64,000 bases of DNA from an uncultured Actinomycetota bacterium (lineage in GTDB: Bacteria > Actinomycetota > UBA4738 > HRBIN12), in the NCBI GenBank assembly GCA_963737525.1, contig CAVTTD010000034.1:13483-77482 (forward strand), given 5' to 3'. The position numbers were made by a program, and so were the translations under genes. This document shows, one piece after another, positions 1 through 9,763 of the stretch. The notes beneath the pieces are model-generated. The model was not told the DNA's origin and did no database searches. It saw nothing but the letters and a program-made list of their open reading frames with translations. How positions within the stretch are numbered: the stretch's first letter is position 1; each line of letters opens with the position of its first letter.

Positions 1-715
1 ACGCCTCCTCGTCCACGATCCCCCCGCGCGAGGTGTTCACGAGGCGCGCGCCCTGCTTGAACATCGCGAGCTGATGCGCGCCGATCAACCCCTGTGTGTC
101 CGGCGATCCCGGAAGGTGGATCGATACGAAGTCCGACTGCACGAGGAGCGACTCCAGTGTGGGCATCACGTCGACGCCCAGCTCCTTCGCTCGCTCCGCG
201 GAGACGTAGGGATCGAACGCGATCACCCGCATGCCGAATCCCTGCGCGCGGGACGCGACGAGGGTGCCGACGCGACCGAGCCCGATCAGTCCGATCGTCT
301 TCCCCTCGAGCTCGACCCCTTCCCATCGTTCCCGATCCCATCGTCCGGCGTGCAGCTCGGTGTTCGCCTGCGGGATGTTCCGCGCCTGCGCCAGCAGGAG
401 CGCCATCGTGTGTTCCGCCGCGCTGATCGTGTTGGACTGCGGCGCGTTCACCACCATGACACCTCGCCGGGTCGCGGCGTCCACGTCCACGTTGTCGACC
501 CCGATCCCGGCGCGGGCGACGACCTTGAGGCGCGGAGCAGCCTCGAGGACGTCGGCGGTGACCCGCGTCGCGCTCCGGATCACGAGCGCGTCATACGGTG
601 CGATCTCCGCGGCCAGGTCGCCGTGCGCGAGGTCTTCGCGCACGTCGACCTGGAACCGCTGTCGCAACAGCTCGAGACCGGCTTCGGACAGCTTCTCGGT
701 GACGAGGACCCGCAC
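1..715 (-). CDS. serA: D-3-phosphoglycerate dehydrogenase (5' part; runs off window edge, probable indel)
   Basis: Manual translation from GTG at 715: MRVLVTEKLSEAGLELL...VIRSATRV...ARAGIGVDNVD...NAPQSNTISAAEHT...GLGRVG. Starts 2 nt after the aminotransferase stop. Confidence 0.88.
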   Translation of the reverse strand, partial: MRVLVTEKLSEAGLELLRQRFQVDVREDLAHGDLAAEIAPYDALVIRSATRVTADVLEAAPRLKVVARAGIGVDNVDVDAATRRGVMVVNAPQSNTISAAEHTMALLLAQARNIPQANTELHAGRWDRERWEGVELEGKTIGLIGLGRVGTLVASRAQGFGMRVIAFDPYVSAERAKELGVDVMPTLESLLVQSDFVSIHLPGSPDTQGLIGAHQLAMFKQGARLVNTSRGGIVDEEA

Positions 716-717
716 GC

Positions 718-1875
718 CTACGTCGCTGCTTCCTGGAAGACGCCCTCGGCCGAGGCCACGGCCGCGCCCCGCTTCACGGGATGGCCGAGGCGTTCGAGGG
801 TCATCTCCAGGGCGGCCAGGCCGCGGATGATGTCGAGCTCGCTCACGTAGCCGAAGTGGCCGATCCGGAAGACCTTCCCTTTCAGCGGTCCCTGGCCCGG
901 AGCGAGGACACAGCCGAAGTCGGAACGGATCCGATCGCCGATGGTGTCGGCGTCGATCCCCTCCGGCGCGCGGATCGCCGTCACGGTCCAGTTCTGCTCC
1001 AGCCCTTCACCGAACAGGTCGAGCCCCAGCGCCTTCACACCCTCCTTGACCCCCCGCGAGAGGAGCTCGTGACGGTGGTGCGCCGCGTCGACGCCGTCCT
1101 GGAAATACAGCTCGAGGGCCGCATGCAGCCCCTGCATCACGCTGATCGCCGGCGTCCACGGGTTCTCCGGCTCGGGAAGCTCGGCGAACCGTCGATAGAT
1201 GGACCAGTCGAAGTAGAACCGAGGAAGCGTTGCCGCGGCGTGGGCCTCCCACGCGCGTTCGCTGACCGCGACGAAGGCGATCCCCGGACTGGCCGACAAC
1301 GCCTTCTGTGACCCACCGACGGCCACGTCGATCCCCCAGCCGTCGAACTCGAAGGGCACGGCGCCGAGGCTGCTCACAACGTCCACGACCACCAACGCGC
1401 CGGCCTCGTTGGCCACGCGGGCGAGCGCTTCAACCGGCTGGATCACACCGGTCGAGGTCTCCGAGTGCGTGAGGAGCACGGCCTTGACCGGATGCTCCGC
1501 GAGCGCGTTCGAGACCCGGGCGGTGTCGATCTTCTGCCCCCACTCGTGGTCCACCGTGCGAACCGTGAGACCCATCGCCGTCGCCAGGGCGCGCCACCGC
1601 TCGGAGAAGAACCCGGCCAGAGGGACCAGGACCTCGTCTCCGGGCGAGAAGACGTTCTGAACGGCGGACTCGAGTCCGCCCGTGCCGGATGAGGTCATCA
1701 ACAGCACGTCCGCCCCATCCGTCCGGTAAAGCTCCTTCAGACGCGCCGTGACATCGCGCATCAGTCGCCCGAACCCGGGGCCTCGGTGATAGACGAGCGG
1801 ACTCCCTTGGGCGAGGAGCACTTCGGGCGGGATCGGCGTGGGTCCGGGCGCCAGGATGATCTCGGGCCTGTCCAT
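718..1875 (-). CDS. PLP-dependent class V aminotransferase (alanine-glyoxylate/serine-pyruvate family)
   Basis: PGPTPIP, HSETSTGV, DVVSS, GSQKAL (PLP Lys), FRIGHFG motifs; AGGAG SD before ATG 1875. Confidence 0.9.
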   Translation of the reverse strand: MDRPEIILAPGPTPIPPEVLLAQGSPLVYHRGPGFGRLMRDVTARLKELYRTDGADVLLMTSSGTGGLESAVQNVFSPGDEVLVPLAGFFSERWRALATAMGLTVRTVDHEWGQKIDTARVSNALAEHPVKAVLLTHSETSTGVIQPVEALARVANEAGALVVVDVVSSLGAVPFEFDGWGIDVAVGGSQKALSASPGIAFVAVSERAWEAHAAATLPRFYFDWSIYRRFAELPEPENPWTPAISVMQGLHAALELYFQDGVDAAHHRHELLSRGVKEGVKALGLDLFGEGLEQNWTVTAIRAPEGIDADTIGDRIRSDFGCVLAPGQGPLKGKVFRIGHFGYVSELDIIRGLAALEMTLERLGHPVKRGAAVASAEGVFQEAAT

Positions 1876-2047
1876 ATGGATCTCCTGTCGTGGTGGCTCT
1901 GGGCGTCTTCTTCGCCAGCGTGGCGGTCGCTCGCAGCCTAGCAAGGGTCCACCGGGGGGCAAGGTTCCGACACTCGTCGCCATCGGCAAGGAAGCGCAGG
2001 TCCGTATCATCGAGCGAACGGGGCCCTCGCCGGGCCTCGAGGTGTGT

Positions 2048-5000
2048 ATGGCGACCCTTCGTTTCCTGTTCAAGCGCTTCGTCGCCCAGCGGATGCTGGG
2101 TCTGGCCGTCGTGGTCACGCTGGCCTTCTCGGTCGGGGTGCTGGTCGCAGGCCCGATCTACGCGGAGGCGGCGCGGGAAGCGATCCTGTCGTCGGAGCTC
2201 ACCGGCGCTCCCCCCACGGTGCGCAACGCCCGGTTCCAGGTCTTCGGCGACGAGAGCTTCGATTGGACGACCGCCGACGGGGTGATCACGGACCGGGTGG
2301 ACGCCCTGCCCACGGACAAGCTCGTCCGGCAGGGACTCGGCACCGTGCGTCTCCTCTCGCCGGCCGGTCCTTCGGTCCCGCTCCTTGCCAGGGAAGGCGC
2401 CGGGGATCATCTCGAGATCCACGGTGAGCCTCCCGGCGCCGACGGCATCCTCATTCACGTGGCGATGGCCCGGACGCTCGGGATCCGTCGCGGCGACCGG
2501 ATCGCGATCATCGGACCGACGGGACGGGAGCTGAAGCTCACCGTCAGCGGCACCTACTCCACACCGGATCGAGGCGACGCGTTCTGGTTCGGTTCGCAGA
2601 GTCCGTTCCCGAACCGCACCGATGACACGGACTCGACCCGGCCTCAGCCGAGCATCGTCGACATCGGTACCCTCGTCCGAGCCACGCAGAGGCTGGAGCT
2701 GACCACTCAGTACTCGTGGGATGCCTACCTCGCCCTCACCGGTGTGCCGTTCGAGCGAGCCTCCGAGGTCCCGAACAACCTCCAGCGGGTTTTCACGAGC
2801 CTCCAGGACGAGGAGGGTCTCGACTCGGTCAGCCTGATCTCAGGACTCGGCACGCTCATGGACCTCGTCCGGCAGCGGGTCGCCGACCTGGCCGTGCCGA
2901 TCCTGCTCGTGGTGTTCCAGATCGGCGCCGTCACGCTCGCCGTCCTGGCCGGGGTCGGTGCCCTCGCGCTCACCCGGCAGGGATTCGAGCTCGCGGTTCT
3001 GCACAGCCGAGGATTCGGCCGAGGTGTCTTGCTGGCGGCGCAGGGCATCCAGGCGGTCTTCGCGGCGATCGTCGCGTTCCCGCTCGGCTTGCTCCTGGGG
3101 ATGGGGCTGGCAGCGCTCGCGAGCACCGCGAACGGACCGGACCTCCCAGGAGTGAGCTTCCCCATCCACTTGAACGCGACGGCCGCGTTGCTCGGGCTCG
3201 TCGCCGCCGTCGTCGGCGGCGTGATCCTCCTGGGACTCTCGGTCCCGTACGTGTCGCGGACGGTGCTCGAGGAGCGGCGGGCCGCGTCCCGGGAAGACCG
3301 TCCGCTCCTCGCGCGGGTGCCTGTCGAGCTGTTCGTCCTGCCGCTCGGCGTGTTCGCGTTCCTCCAGTTGCGGACCGGCACTCAGCCCCAAGCGGGATCC
3401 GGTGAGATCGACCCCCTCATCCTGGTCGCTCCCACCCTCCTCCTGTTCGGTGGATCGTTCCTCGCGCTCCGGCTCCTGCTCCTCGTGTTCCGAGGGCTCG
3501 ACTCCCGGATCGGACGATCACGGCGCCTGCCGAGGTACCTCGCGGGGAGACGGATCGGACGATCGCCGGGGACGGGGTTCGCCGCCGCCCTCCTCCTCCT
3601 GCTCTCGATGGGACTGCTCGTCGTGTCCACCTCGTACCGAGCCATCGTGCTGCGGAACCACCAGGACGCGGCGCACGCACAGGTGGGAGCGGACTGGCGC
3701 GTGAACGTCACGCCGCCCGAGAACGTCCTGTCGGTGATCCGACACATGCCCGAGGCGACGACACCGGTCGTTCGCACCGAGCCGCGCCTCGAGAGCGGGA
3801 CCTTCCAGCTGCCGCCCATCGCTCTCGGCATCGACCCCGCGACCTATCCTGCCGCCGGCTGGTGGCGAGAGGACTTCTCCGACGTCCCGCTGTCCGAGAT
3901 CCTCCCGCGGCTGGAGGCTCCCGCCTTCGGCATGGACCTGCCCGCCGCGACCAGTCAGCTGACGTTCGAGATGGACTCGGGCCGGGACGTGCGGCACCTG
4001 CAGGTGACGGCGACCGCCGTGGACGAGGGCGGGGTCGTCCACACCGCCCCCCTCCGGCCGGTCGAGGCGGGCCCCGCCCATTACGAGATGCCGATCGACG
4101 GTTCCGTCCGGTTGCTGTCGATCACGATCCACCGGACCTCGCTGGACTCACCCGATGAGGGAACCTTCGAGATCTCCTCGGTCGCCGCCGACGGGGCGCC
4201 GCTGTCGTTGTCGGACTGGGAGGCGCTCACCTGGCGCGGCAGCACCGGATCGGTCGAACCCGACGGATCCGGGGTCCGCTACGAGATGATCTCGGGAGCG
4301 TCCGACGTGATCGGCGGGATCGTGCCGCCATCGGACCCCCTCCCCGCGCTCGTCTCGCCCGGGATCGCCGCAGCCGGGGGACCTGTCTTCCCCGTGGCCC
4401 TGGGCGGGCAGGAAACGGAGCTCGATCCGGTCGCGGGCGCGCTCCAGTTCCCGTCGTTGATCCCAAACGCACCGTTCATCGTGGTGTCGGCCTCCGCACT
4501 CCTCGAGCGGGCCGCGGCCGTGCCCGAGCCGGGCCTCGTCCTGAACGAGGTCTGGGCCGAGGGCGAACGGAACCCGGTCCCGCTGCTCCGCGGCGACGGA
4601 TTCATCCAGGGGGACGTGGCGAGAACCGCCCCGATCGAGGGGTTCCTGGCGCAGCTGCCACAGAGCCTCGCCCTGGGGATGAACTTCGTCTCGGCGGCCG
4701 GTGGAGCCGGCCTCGTGGTGGTCGGGGTGGCGGCGGCGCTGTACTTCGCACAGCGCCGCCGCGACTACGAGTTCGCGGCACTCCGGGCGATGGGCTCCGC
4801 GTCCGGACAGATCGTCCGGACGCTCGCCCTCGAACAGGTGCTGCTCCTCGGATTCGCGGTCGTGGCGGGCCTCGGCCTGGGCTATCTCCTGCTTCGCTTG
4901 ATGATGCCGTACGTCGGACCGAGCCTCTCGGTGGCGTATCCGCCTCCGGTGTTCTTGATGGATTGGGTCTCGCTGGGGATCGCGCTCGCCGCCATCGTCG

Positions 5001-5086
5001 GCGCGAGCGCGCTCGCGCTCGCGCTGTCCGCACGCGCGCTCCTCCGCGCCTCCGTCACCGGTGTGCTGCGAGGGGAGGCGGAGTGA
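2048..5086 (+). CDS. FtsX/MacB-like ABC transporter permease (two FtsX-type TM blocks)
   Basis: Multiple TM segments with ELAVLHSRG and EFAALRAMG motifs, large extracytoplasmic loops; overlaps the downstream ATPase start. Confidence 0.85.
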   Translation: MATLRFLFKRFVAQRMLGLAVVVTLAFSVGVLVAGPIYAEAAREAILSSELTGAPPTVRNARFQVFGDESFDWTTADGVITDRVDALPTDKLVRQGLGTVRLLSPAGPSVPLLAREGAGDHLEIHGEPPGADGILIHVAMARTLGIRRGDRIAIIGPTGRELKLTVSGTYSTPDRGDAFWFGSQSPFPNRTDDTDSTRPQPSIVDIGTLVRATQRLELTTQYSWDAYLALTGVPFERASEVPNNLQRVFTSLQDEEGLDSVSLISGLGTLMDLVRQRVADLAVPILLVVFQIGAVTLAVLAGVGALALTRQGFELAVLHSRGFGRGVLLAAQGIQAVFAAIVAFPLGLLLGMGLAALASTANGPDLPGVSFPIHLNATAALLGLVAAVVGGVILLGLSVPYVSRTVLEERRAASREDRPLLARVPVELFVLPLGVFAFLQLRTGTQPQAGSGEIDPLILVAPTLLLFGGSFLALRLLLLVFRGLDSRIGRSRRLPRYLAGRRIGRSPGTGFAAALLLLLSMGLLVVSTSYRAIVLRNHQDAAHAQVGADWRVNVTPPENVLSVIRHMPEATTPVVRTEPRLESGTFQLPPIALGIDPATYPAAGWWREDFSDVPLSEILPRLEAPAFGMDLPAATSQLTFEMDSGRDVRHLQVTATAVDEGGVVHTAPLRPVEAGPAHYEMPIDGSVRLLSITIHRTSLDSPDEGTFEISSVAADGAPLSLSDWEALTWRGSTGSVEPDGSGVRYEMISGASDVIGGIVPPSDPLPALVSPGIAAAGGPVFPVALGGQETELDPVAGALQFPSLIPNAPFIVVSASALLERAAAVPEPGLVLNEVWAEGERNPVPLLRGDGFIQGDVARTAPIEGFLAQLPQSLALGMNFVSAAGGAGLVVVGVAAALYFAQRRRDYEFAALRAMGSASGQIVRTLALEQVLLLGFAVVAGLGLGYLLLRLMMPYVGPSLSVAYPPPVFLMDWVSLGIALAAIVGASALALALSARALLRASVTGVLRGEAE

Positions 5087-5952
5087 TCGAGAACGTCGTC
5101 AGCCCGGATCGCTACCGGCCCGAAGGATCCGACGCGCTCGTGCGCCTCCGACACACCTACAAGGTCTATCGGGTGGGCGACGTCGGCGTGGTGGCCCTCG
5201 GCGGCGTCGACCTCGACGTCCAGCCCGCGGAGTTCCTGGCCGTCGTCGGCCCCAGCGGTGCGGGCAAGTCCACGATCCTGAACCTCGTGGGTGGGCTCGA
5301 TCGAGCGTCGGCCGGCATCGTGGAGGTGGAAGGACGCGACCTGGGGCTGCTGGGCGACGAGGAGCTCACGGAGTATCGGGCGGAACGGGTCGGCTTCGTG
5401 TGGCAGGGAACGGCGCGCAACCTGGTTCCGTACCTGTCGGTGCGCGACAACATCCGCCTCCCCGCGACCGTGCGCCGGACCCAGGTGGCGAGGAAACACG
5501 ACGTCGACGGTCTCCTCGAGCTCGTCGGCCTCACCGATCGCGCGAAGCACACGCCCGGGATGCTCTCCGGTGGCGAGCAGCAGCGGGTGGCGATCGCCGC
5601 GGCGCTCTCCAACACACCCGCGATCCTGCTGGCCGACGAACCGACGGCGGAGCTCGACTCGGAGTCGGCCGCTCGGGTCCTCGAGGCCTTCCGCACGGTC
5701 AACCGCGAGTTCCACGTGACCATCATCATGGTGACACACGACCTGGTGGCGGCGCGGCGCGCCGATCGCCGTATCCGGGTCCGCGACGGCCGCGTCCTGC
5801 ACGAGGGCGTGCCGGTCGACCCGATCGCCGACGACGGCCGTGTCCGGCTCCCCGACGACGCGGTGGCCGCGCTCGGAGGCGCGGACCTCGAGGCCGAAGT
5901 CACCGCGGACGAGGTGCGGCTGCGAAGACGGAGCGAGACCGGCCATGCCTGA
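5083..5952 (+). CDS. ABC transporter ATP-binding protein (LolD/MacB-like) with short C-terminal extension
   Basis: GPSGAGKS, LSGGEQQRV, LLADEPT, VTHD. Confidence 0.92.
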   Translation: MIENVVSPDRYRPEGSDALVRLRHTYKVYRVGDVGVVALGGVDLDVQPAEFLAVVGPSGAGKSTILNLVGGLDRASAGIVEVEGRDLGLLGDEELTEYRAERVGFVWQGTARNLVPYLSVRDNIRLPATVRRTQVARKHDVDGLLELVGLTDRAKHTPGMLSGGEQQRVAIAAALSNTPAILLADEPTAELDSESAARVLEAFRTVNREFHVTIIMVTHDLVAARRADRRIRVRDGRVLHEGVPVDPIADDGRVRLPDDAVAALGGADLEAEVTADEVRLRRRSETGHA

Positions 5953-6664
5953 GCCCGAGCTCCTCGTCGAAGGGATCGACGTCGTCCGCCGCTATCCCGG
6001 CACGCAAGGCGTCGTCGCGGTCCGCGGCGCATCGGTCGCGATCCGATCCAGGGACTTCGTCGCGTTGATGGGTCCGAGCGGCTCGGGGAAGACCACGTTC
6101 CTCGGCGTGCTCGCCGGGCTGGATGCACCCGACGAGGGCGAGGTGCGCTGGAAGGGCCGGCCGATGGACTCGCTGTCCGCCGACGAGCGTCGCGCGCTGC
6201 GGCGACACGGGGTCGGCGTCGTTTTCCAGAGCTTCGGACTGTTGCCCGCGCTCTCGGCGGTCGAGAACGTCGAGCTCCCGCTGCGCGTCAACGGCGTCGA
6301 CCTCATCGAGGCCCGTGAACGGGCGGAACGATGGCTGCAGCGCCTCGGCCTGGAGACGCGCATCCACAACCGAACCTACGAGCTGTCGGCCGGCCAGCAG
6401 CAGCGCGTGGCGGTGGCCCGTGCGCTGATCGCCGAGCCGGAGATCGTGATGGCCGACGAACCGATCGCCGAGGTCGACACCGAGAACGCCGACCTGATCC
6501 TCGAGGCGCTCTGGGACGTGATCCGGCGTGACGGCGCGGTGCTGGCCGCGACGCACAACCCGGAGGCGCTCCGCTACGCGAACCGCGTGGTGCTCTTCCG
6601 AGACGGGTTGGTCGAGGAGGAGGGAACTCCTCAGGAGGTTGCGGGCCACCTCACGGTGGACTGA
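5945..6664 (+). CDS. ABC transporter ATP-binding protein (LolD-like)
   Basis: GPSGSGKT, LSAGQQQRV, MADEP, ATHN. Confidence 0.92.
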   Translation: MPEPELLVEGIDVVRRYPGTQGVVAVRGASVAIRSRDFVALMGPSGSGKTTFLGVLAGLDAPDEGEVRWKGRPMDSLSADERRALRRHGVGVVFQSFGLLPALSAVENVELPLRVNGVDLIEARERAERWLQRLGLETRIHNRTYELSAGQQQRVAVARALIAEPEIVMADEPIAEVDTENADLILEALWDVIRRDGAVLAATHNPEALRYANRVVLFRDGLVEEEGTPQEVAGHLTVD

Positions 6665-6667
6665 GCG

Positions 6668-6874
6668 CTAGAACCGGAACGCCTGGCCGACGTCCTCGCC
6701 GTGCGGACGGAAGACCTCCCCGTCGACGTCCACCGGGTGACCTCTCCCGGATCGGAAACGATGCCGCCTGGTCCCGCGGACCGACCGCGCGACGGCGTCC
6801 CGCCTCGCGTCTCGGATCCGCTGGTGCAGATCAAGATCGCACACGGGGTGCGTGACGACCGGCGAGCCGAACAT
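6668..6874 (-). CDS. small hypothetical protein (68 aa)
   Basis: ATG directly follows the reductase TAG and the ORF fills the gap to the convergent ABC gene; no recognised motif. Confidence 0.4.
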   Translation of the reverse strand: MFGSPVVTHPVCDLDLHQRIRDARRDAVARSVRGTRRHRFRSGRGHPVDVDGEVFRPHGEDVGQAFRF

Positions 6875-8109
6875 CTACCCCGCCTCCTGGGGCACCAGCG
6901 TGCGCAGGTCGACGTCGGCATCGGCGAGCGCCTTCGGGTCGGGGGCCGCCTGAGCCTTGATCAGCCCGAACGAACGCCGCACGTCGCGCTTCCGATCGAG
7001 GGACACCGTCGAACGGATCACCCCTCCATCATCCAACAGGAACGCGCAGAAGGAGCGTTCCTCGAGCGACCCTCGGATGACCATCCGGTCCCACGTCGGG
7101 GCATACCCGGCCATCTCGATCTTCGAGTCGTACTGGTCGGACCAGAACCAGTGCGGATCGTCGAAGACCTCGGACGATCCCAGCATCGCGTGGGCGGCGT
7201 GCTCCCCCATCTTGATCGCGTTGTCGTAGTGCTCGACGCGGATCGGCCCGAAGACGGGATGGTCGTGCAGGGCGACGTCGCCGACGGCGAAGACGCCCGG
7301 CACGACCGTCTCCAGGCCGGGGCCCACGGGGATGCCGCCGCCCTGGTCGAGCCCCGTCCCGGCCATGATCTCCACGGCCGGCTCGGTGCCGACGCCGATC
7401 ACCGCGACGTCGGCGTCGATCTCCTTGCCGCTGTCGGTGACGACGCGTTCGAGCCTGCCGTCGCCTTCGAACCGTTCGACCGAGTCGCTGAAGTGCATCG
7501 TCACCCCGTGGTCGCGATGGATCCCCTCGAGCACGCGGCCGATCTCCGGCCCGAGGATCCGATACAGGGTGGTCTCGAAGATCTCCACGACCGTGACGTC
7601 GCAGCCGATCGTCCGAAGGGACGCCGCCACCTCCGCGCCGATGAACCCCATGCCGACGCACACCGACGCGAGCGCCCTCCGTGGCGGCGTCGCGGATCTG
7701 CACGGCGTCCCGGTGATAGCGGAGGTCGAACACGCCCGGCAGGCCCGCTCCGGGGACCTCGAGACGCCGGTTGCGTCCTCCGGTGCTCACGAGCAGCCGA
7801 TCGAACGGCAGCCGCTCCCCGCCCGCGAGCACCACCTCGCGGCGGATGGACATCGATCTGCACCGCCCGCGTCCCGAAGCGTGCGTCGACGTCGTGCTCC
7901 GCGTACCAGGACGCCGGCCGGACCAAGGCGTCCTCGAGGCTCGTGCTCGCCGCGAAGGAACTCCTTGGAGAGCGGCGGCCGCTCGTACGGAGGCTCCTCC
8001 TCCGCGCCGATCAGGCTGAGTCGGCCCTCGTACCCCTCGTCCCGCAACACTCCCGCGGCGGTGGCGCCGGCGAGGCTCGCTCCGACGATGACGATCGACC
8101 GAGGGACAT
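6875..8109 (-). CDS. FAD-dependent ferredoxin reductase (several frameshifts)
   Basis: IVIVGASLAG, PYERPPLSK, GMGFIGAE, VFAVGDVA, WFWSDQYD, spread across three ORF frames. Confidence 0.85.
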
Positions 8110-8117
8110 CGGTTCCC

Positions 8118-8429
8118 TCAGACACCGACCTGGATCTGTCCGTCGACCTCGCGGGCCTCGAAGGTCTCGAGCGGTTCGGCGGCGGGAGGGTTGCGCACCT
8201 CGCCCGTCCGGATGTCGAAGACGCTGCCGTGGCACTCACACTCGATCTCGAAGCCGTCGAGCTCGCCCCCGTTGGCGAGGTTGCAGTGCCGGTGCGTGCA
8301 GATGTCGCTGAACGCGTACACCTGACCTTCGATCCGAGCGACGGCGATCTCGGCGCCGCTCACGTCGAAGGCCTTCGCCTCTCCCTCCGGGACCTCGGCC
8401 GAATCACCGACCGTCACGAACTCCGCCAT
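8118..8429 (-). CDS. Rieske-type [2Fe-2S] ferredoxin
   Basis: 103 aa with CTH...CECHGS Rieske ligands; GGAGG SD upstream. Confidence 0.92.
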   Translation of the reverse strand: MAEFVTVGDSAEVPEGEAKAFDVSGAEIAVARIEGQVYAFSDICTHRHCNLANGGELDGFEIECECHGSVFDIRTGEVRNPPAAEPLETFEAREVDGQIQVGV

Positions 8430-9756
8430 CGTCTGTCGACCTCCCTCTCCCGCGAGCCGCGGAACGCGTGCAAGCCTACGGCAACGGGGCTGCGGCTCCG
8501 AGCGGCTCCCGGCCCGCCGCGGAAGAAGCGGAGCGCCCATGCGCCCGCGAGGGCGACGTAGAAGCCCGCCACGATCAGCATGCCCGACTTGAAGTCGATC
8601 TGGAGGAGTGCCGGACCCAGGGCTCCCGCGACCCAGGCGAGCTGGAACATCACTTCGTAGCGGACGAAGACGCGGCCGAGCGCTCCCTCCGGCGCGTGGG
8701 CCTGCATCAGGCTCTGGAACGCGAGACGGCCGAGCTCGGTCGCCGCCCCGGCGGTGAGCGCGAAGATCGCGAGGACCGGCAGGGAGAACGCCGTGAAGGC
8801 GAGGAAGGCGCCCAGGCCGGCCGCGATCGTGCAGCCGACGACGATGAACTCCTCGCGGAGCGTCTCGGGCAGCCGGGGGGCGAGGAGGTCGGCGAGGAAG
8901 CCTCCGGCGGCGGCCGAGATCGCCATCGCGGCGAACCACGTGGCGGGGAAGCCCTCGCGCCGGATCGCGAACGCCGACAGGAACAGGATGAACCCCGTGG
9001 CCGCGCGCATGCCGGTCGCGCCGAGCGCCGGCCCGGTGAGGGCGGGGATCCGTCCGCGCCGGCCGAGCGGCTTGGGCTCGGTGCGCACCCGCGGGTGGGG
9101 CAGGCGCAGCGTGACCAGCGCGCAGATCGAGTACACGATCCCGGCCAGCGCCATCGCGCCGCCGGAGTCCCAGAAACGGACGGCGAGGGCGCCGAAGGGC
9201 GCCGCCGTGAGCGCTCCCGCCACCGCCACCCGTCCGAGCCGCGCGTTCGACCGCATCAATCCTTCGCCGGGGCCCGCGTACGCCATCGTCAGCCCGTTCT
9301 TCGTGATCCCGTGGACGCGCGCCGCGACGAGGATCCGCGAGCGCCGCCGGGTAGAGGGCGACGGTGTCCAGGCGTCCCGCCACGAAGAAGGCGATCCCCG
9401 CGCGGACGACCGCCGCGAGGAACGAGATCAGCCGTCGCGGCCCCGTCCGGTCGAGCGGGATCACCAGGAGCGGGGCCGCGACGGCGAGCGGGAGCATCGT
9501 GAGGCCGAGGTAGGCGACGACACGCCACTTCGCCTCGCCCACCGGCAGGGAGAAGAAGACCGAGTCGGCGAGTGAGATCGCGAGGAGCGTGTCGCCGGCG
9601 GCGCTCGTGAGGTGGCAGAGGGCGTAGCGATCGATCGCGTTCTCCGAGTGCCACATCTTCCGGATCGGATGGGTGGCGCCCGAGGCGGCCGCTGCGACCG
9701 CGTAGAGCGCGAGCTGCCAGAACGGGACGCGGTTCGCGCTTGTCGTCGACGTGCAC
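8414..9756 (-). CDS. MFS-like membrane transporter (frameshifted; start uncertain)
   Basis: AGDTLLAISLADSVFF...LGLTMLPLAVAAP N-half plus the hydrophobic C-half ORF 8414-9286 (GRVFVRYE). Confidence 0.75.
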
Positions 9757-9763
9757 GCCGGCG

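Noticed and set aside
1876-2047. Possible ZTP or glycine riboswitch upstream of the aminotransferase-serA genes
   Set aside because: Only a CTGGCG fragment matches; the other conserved elements and the required length are missing.
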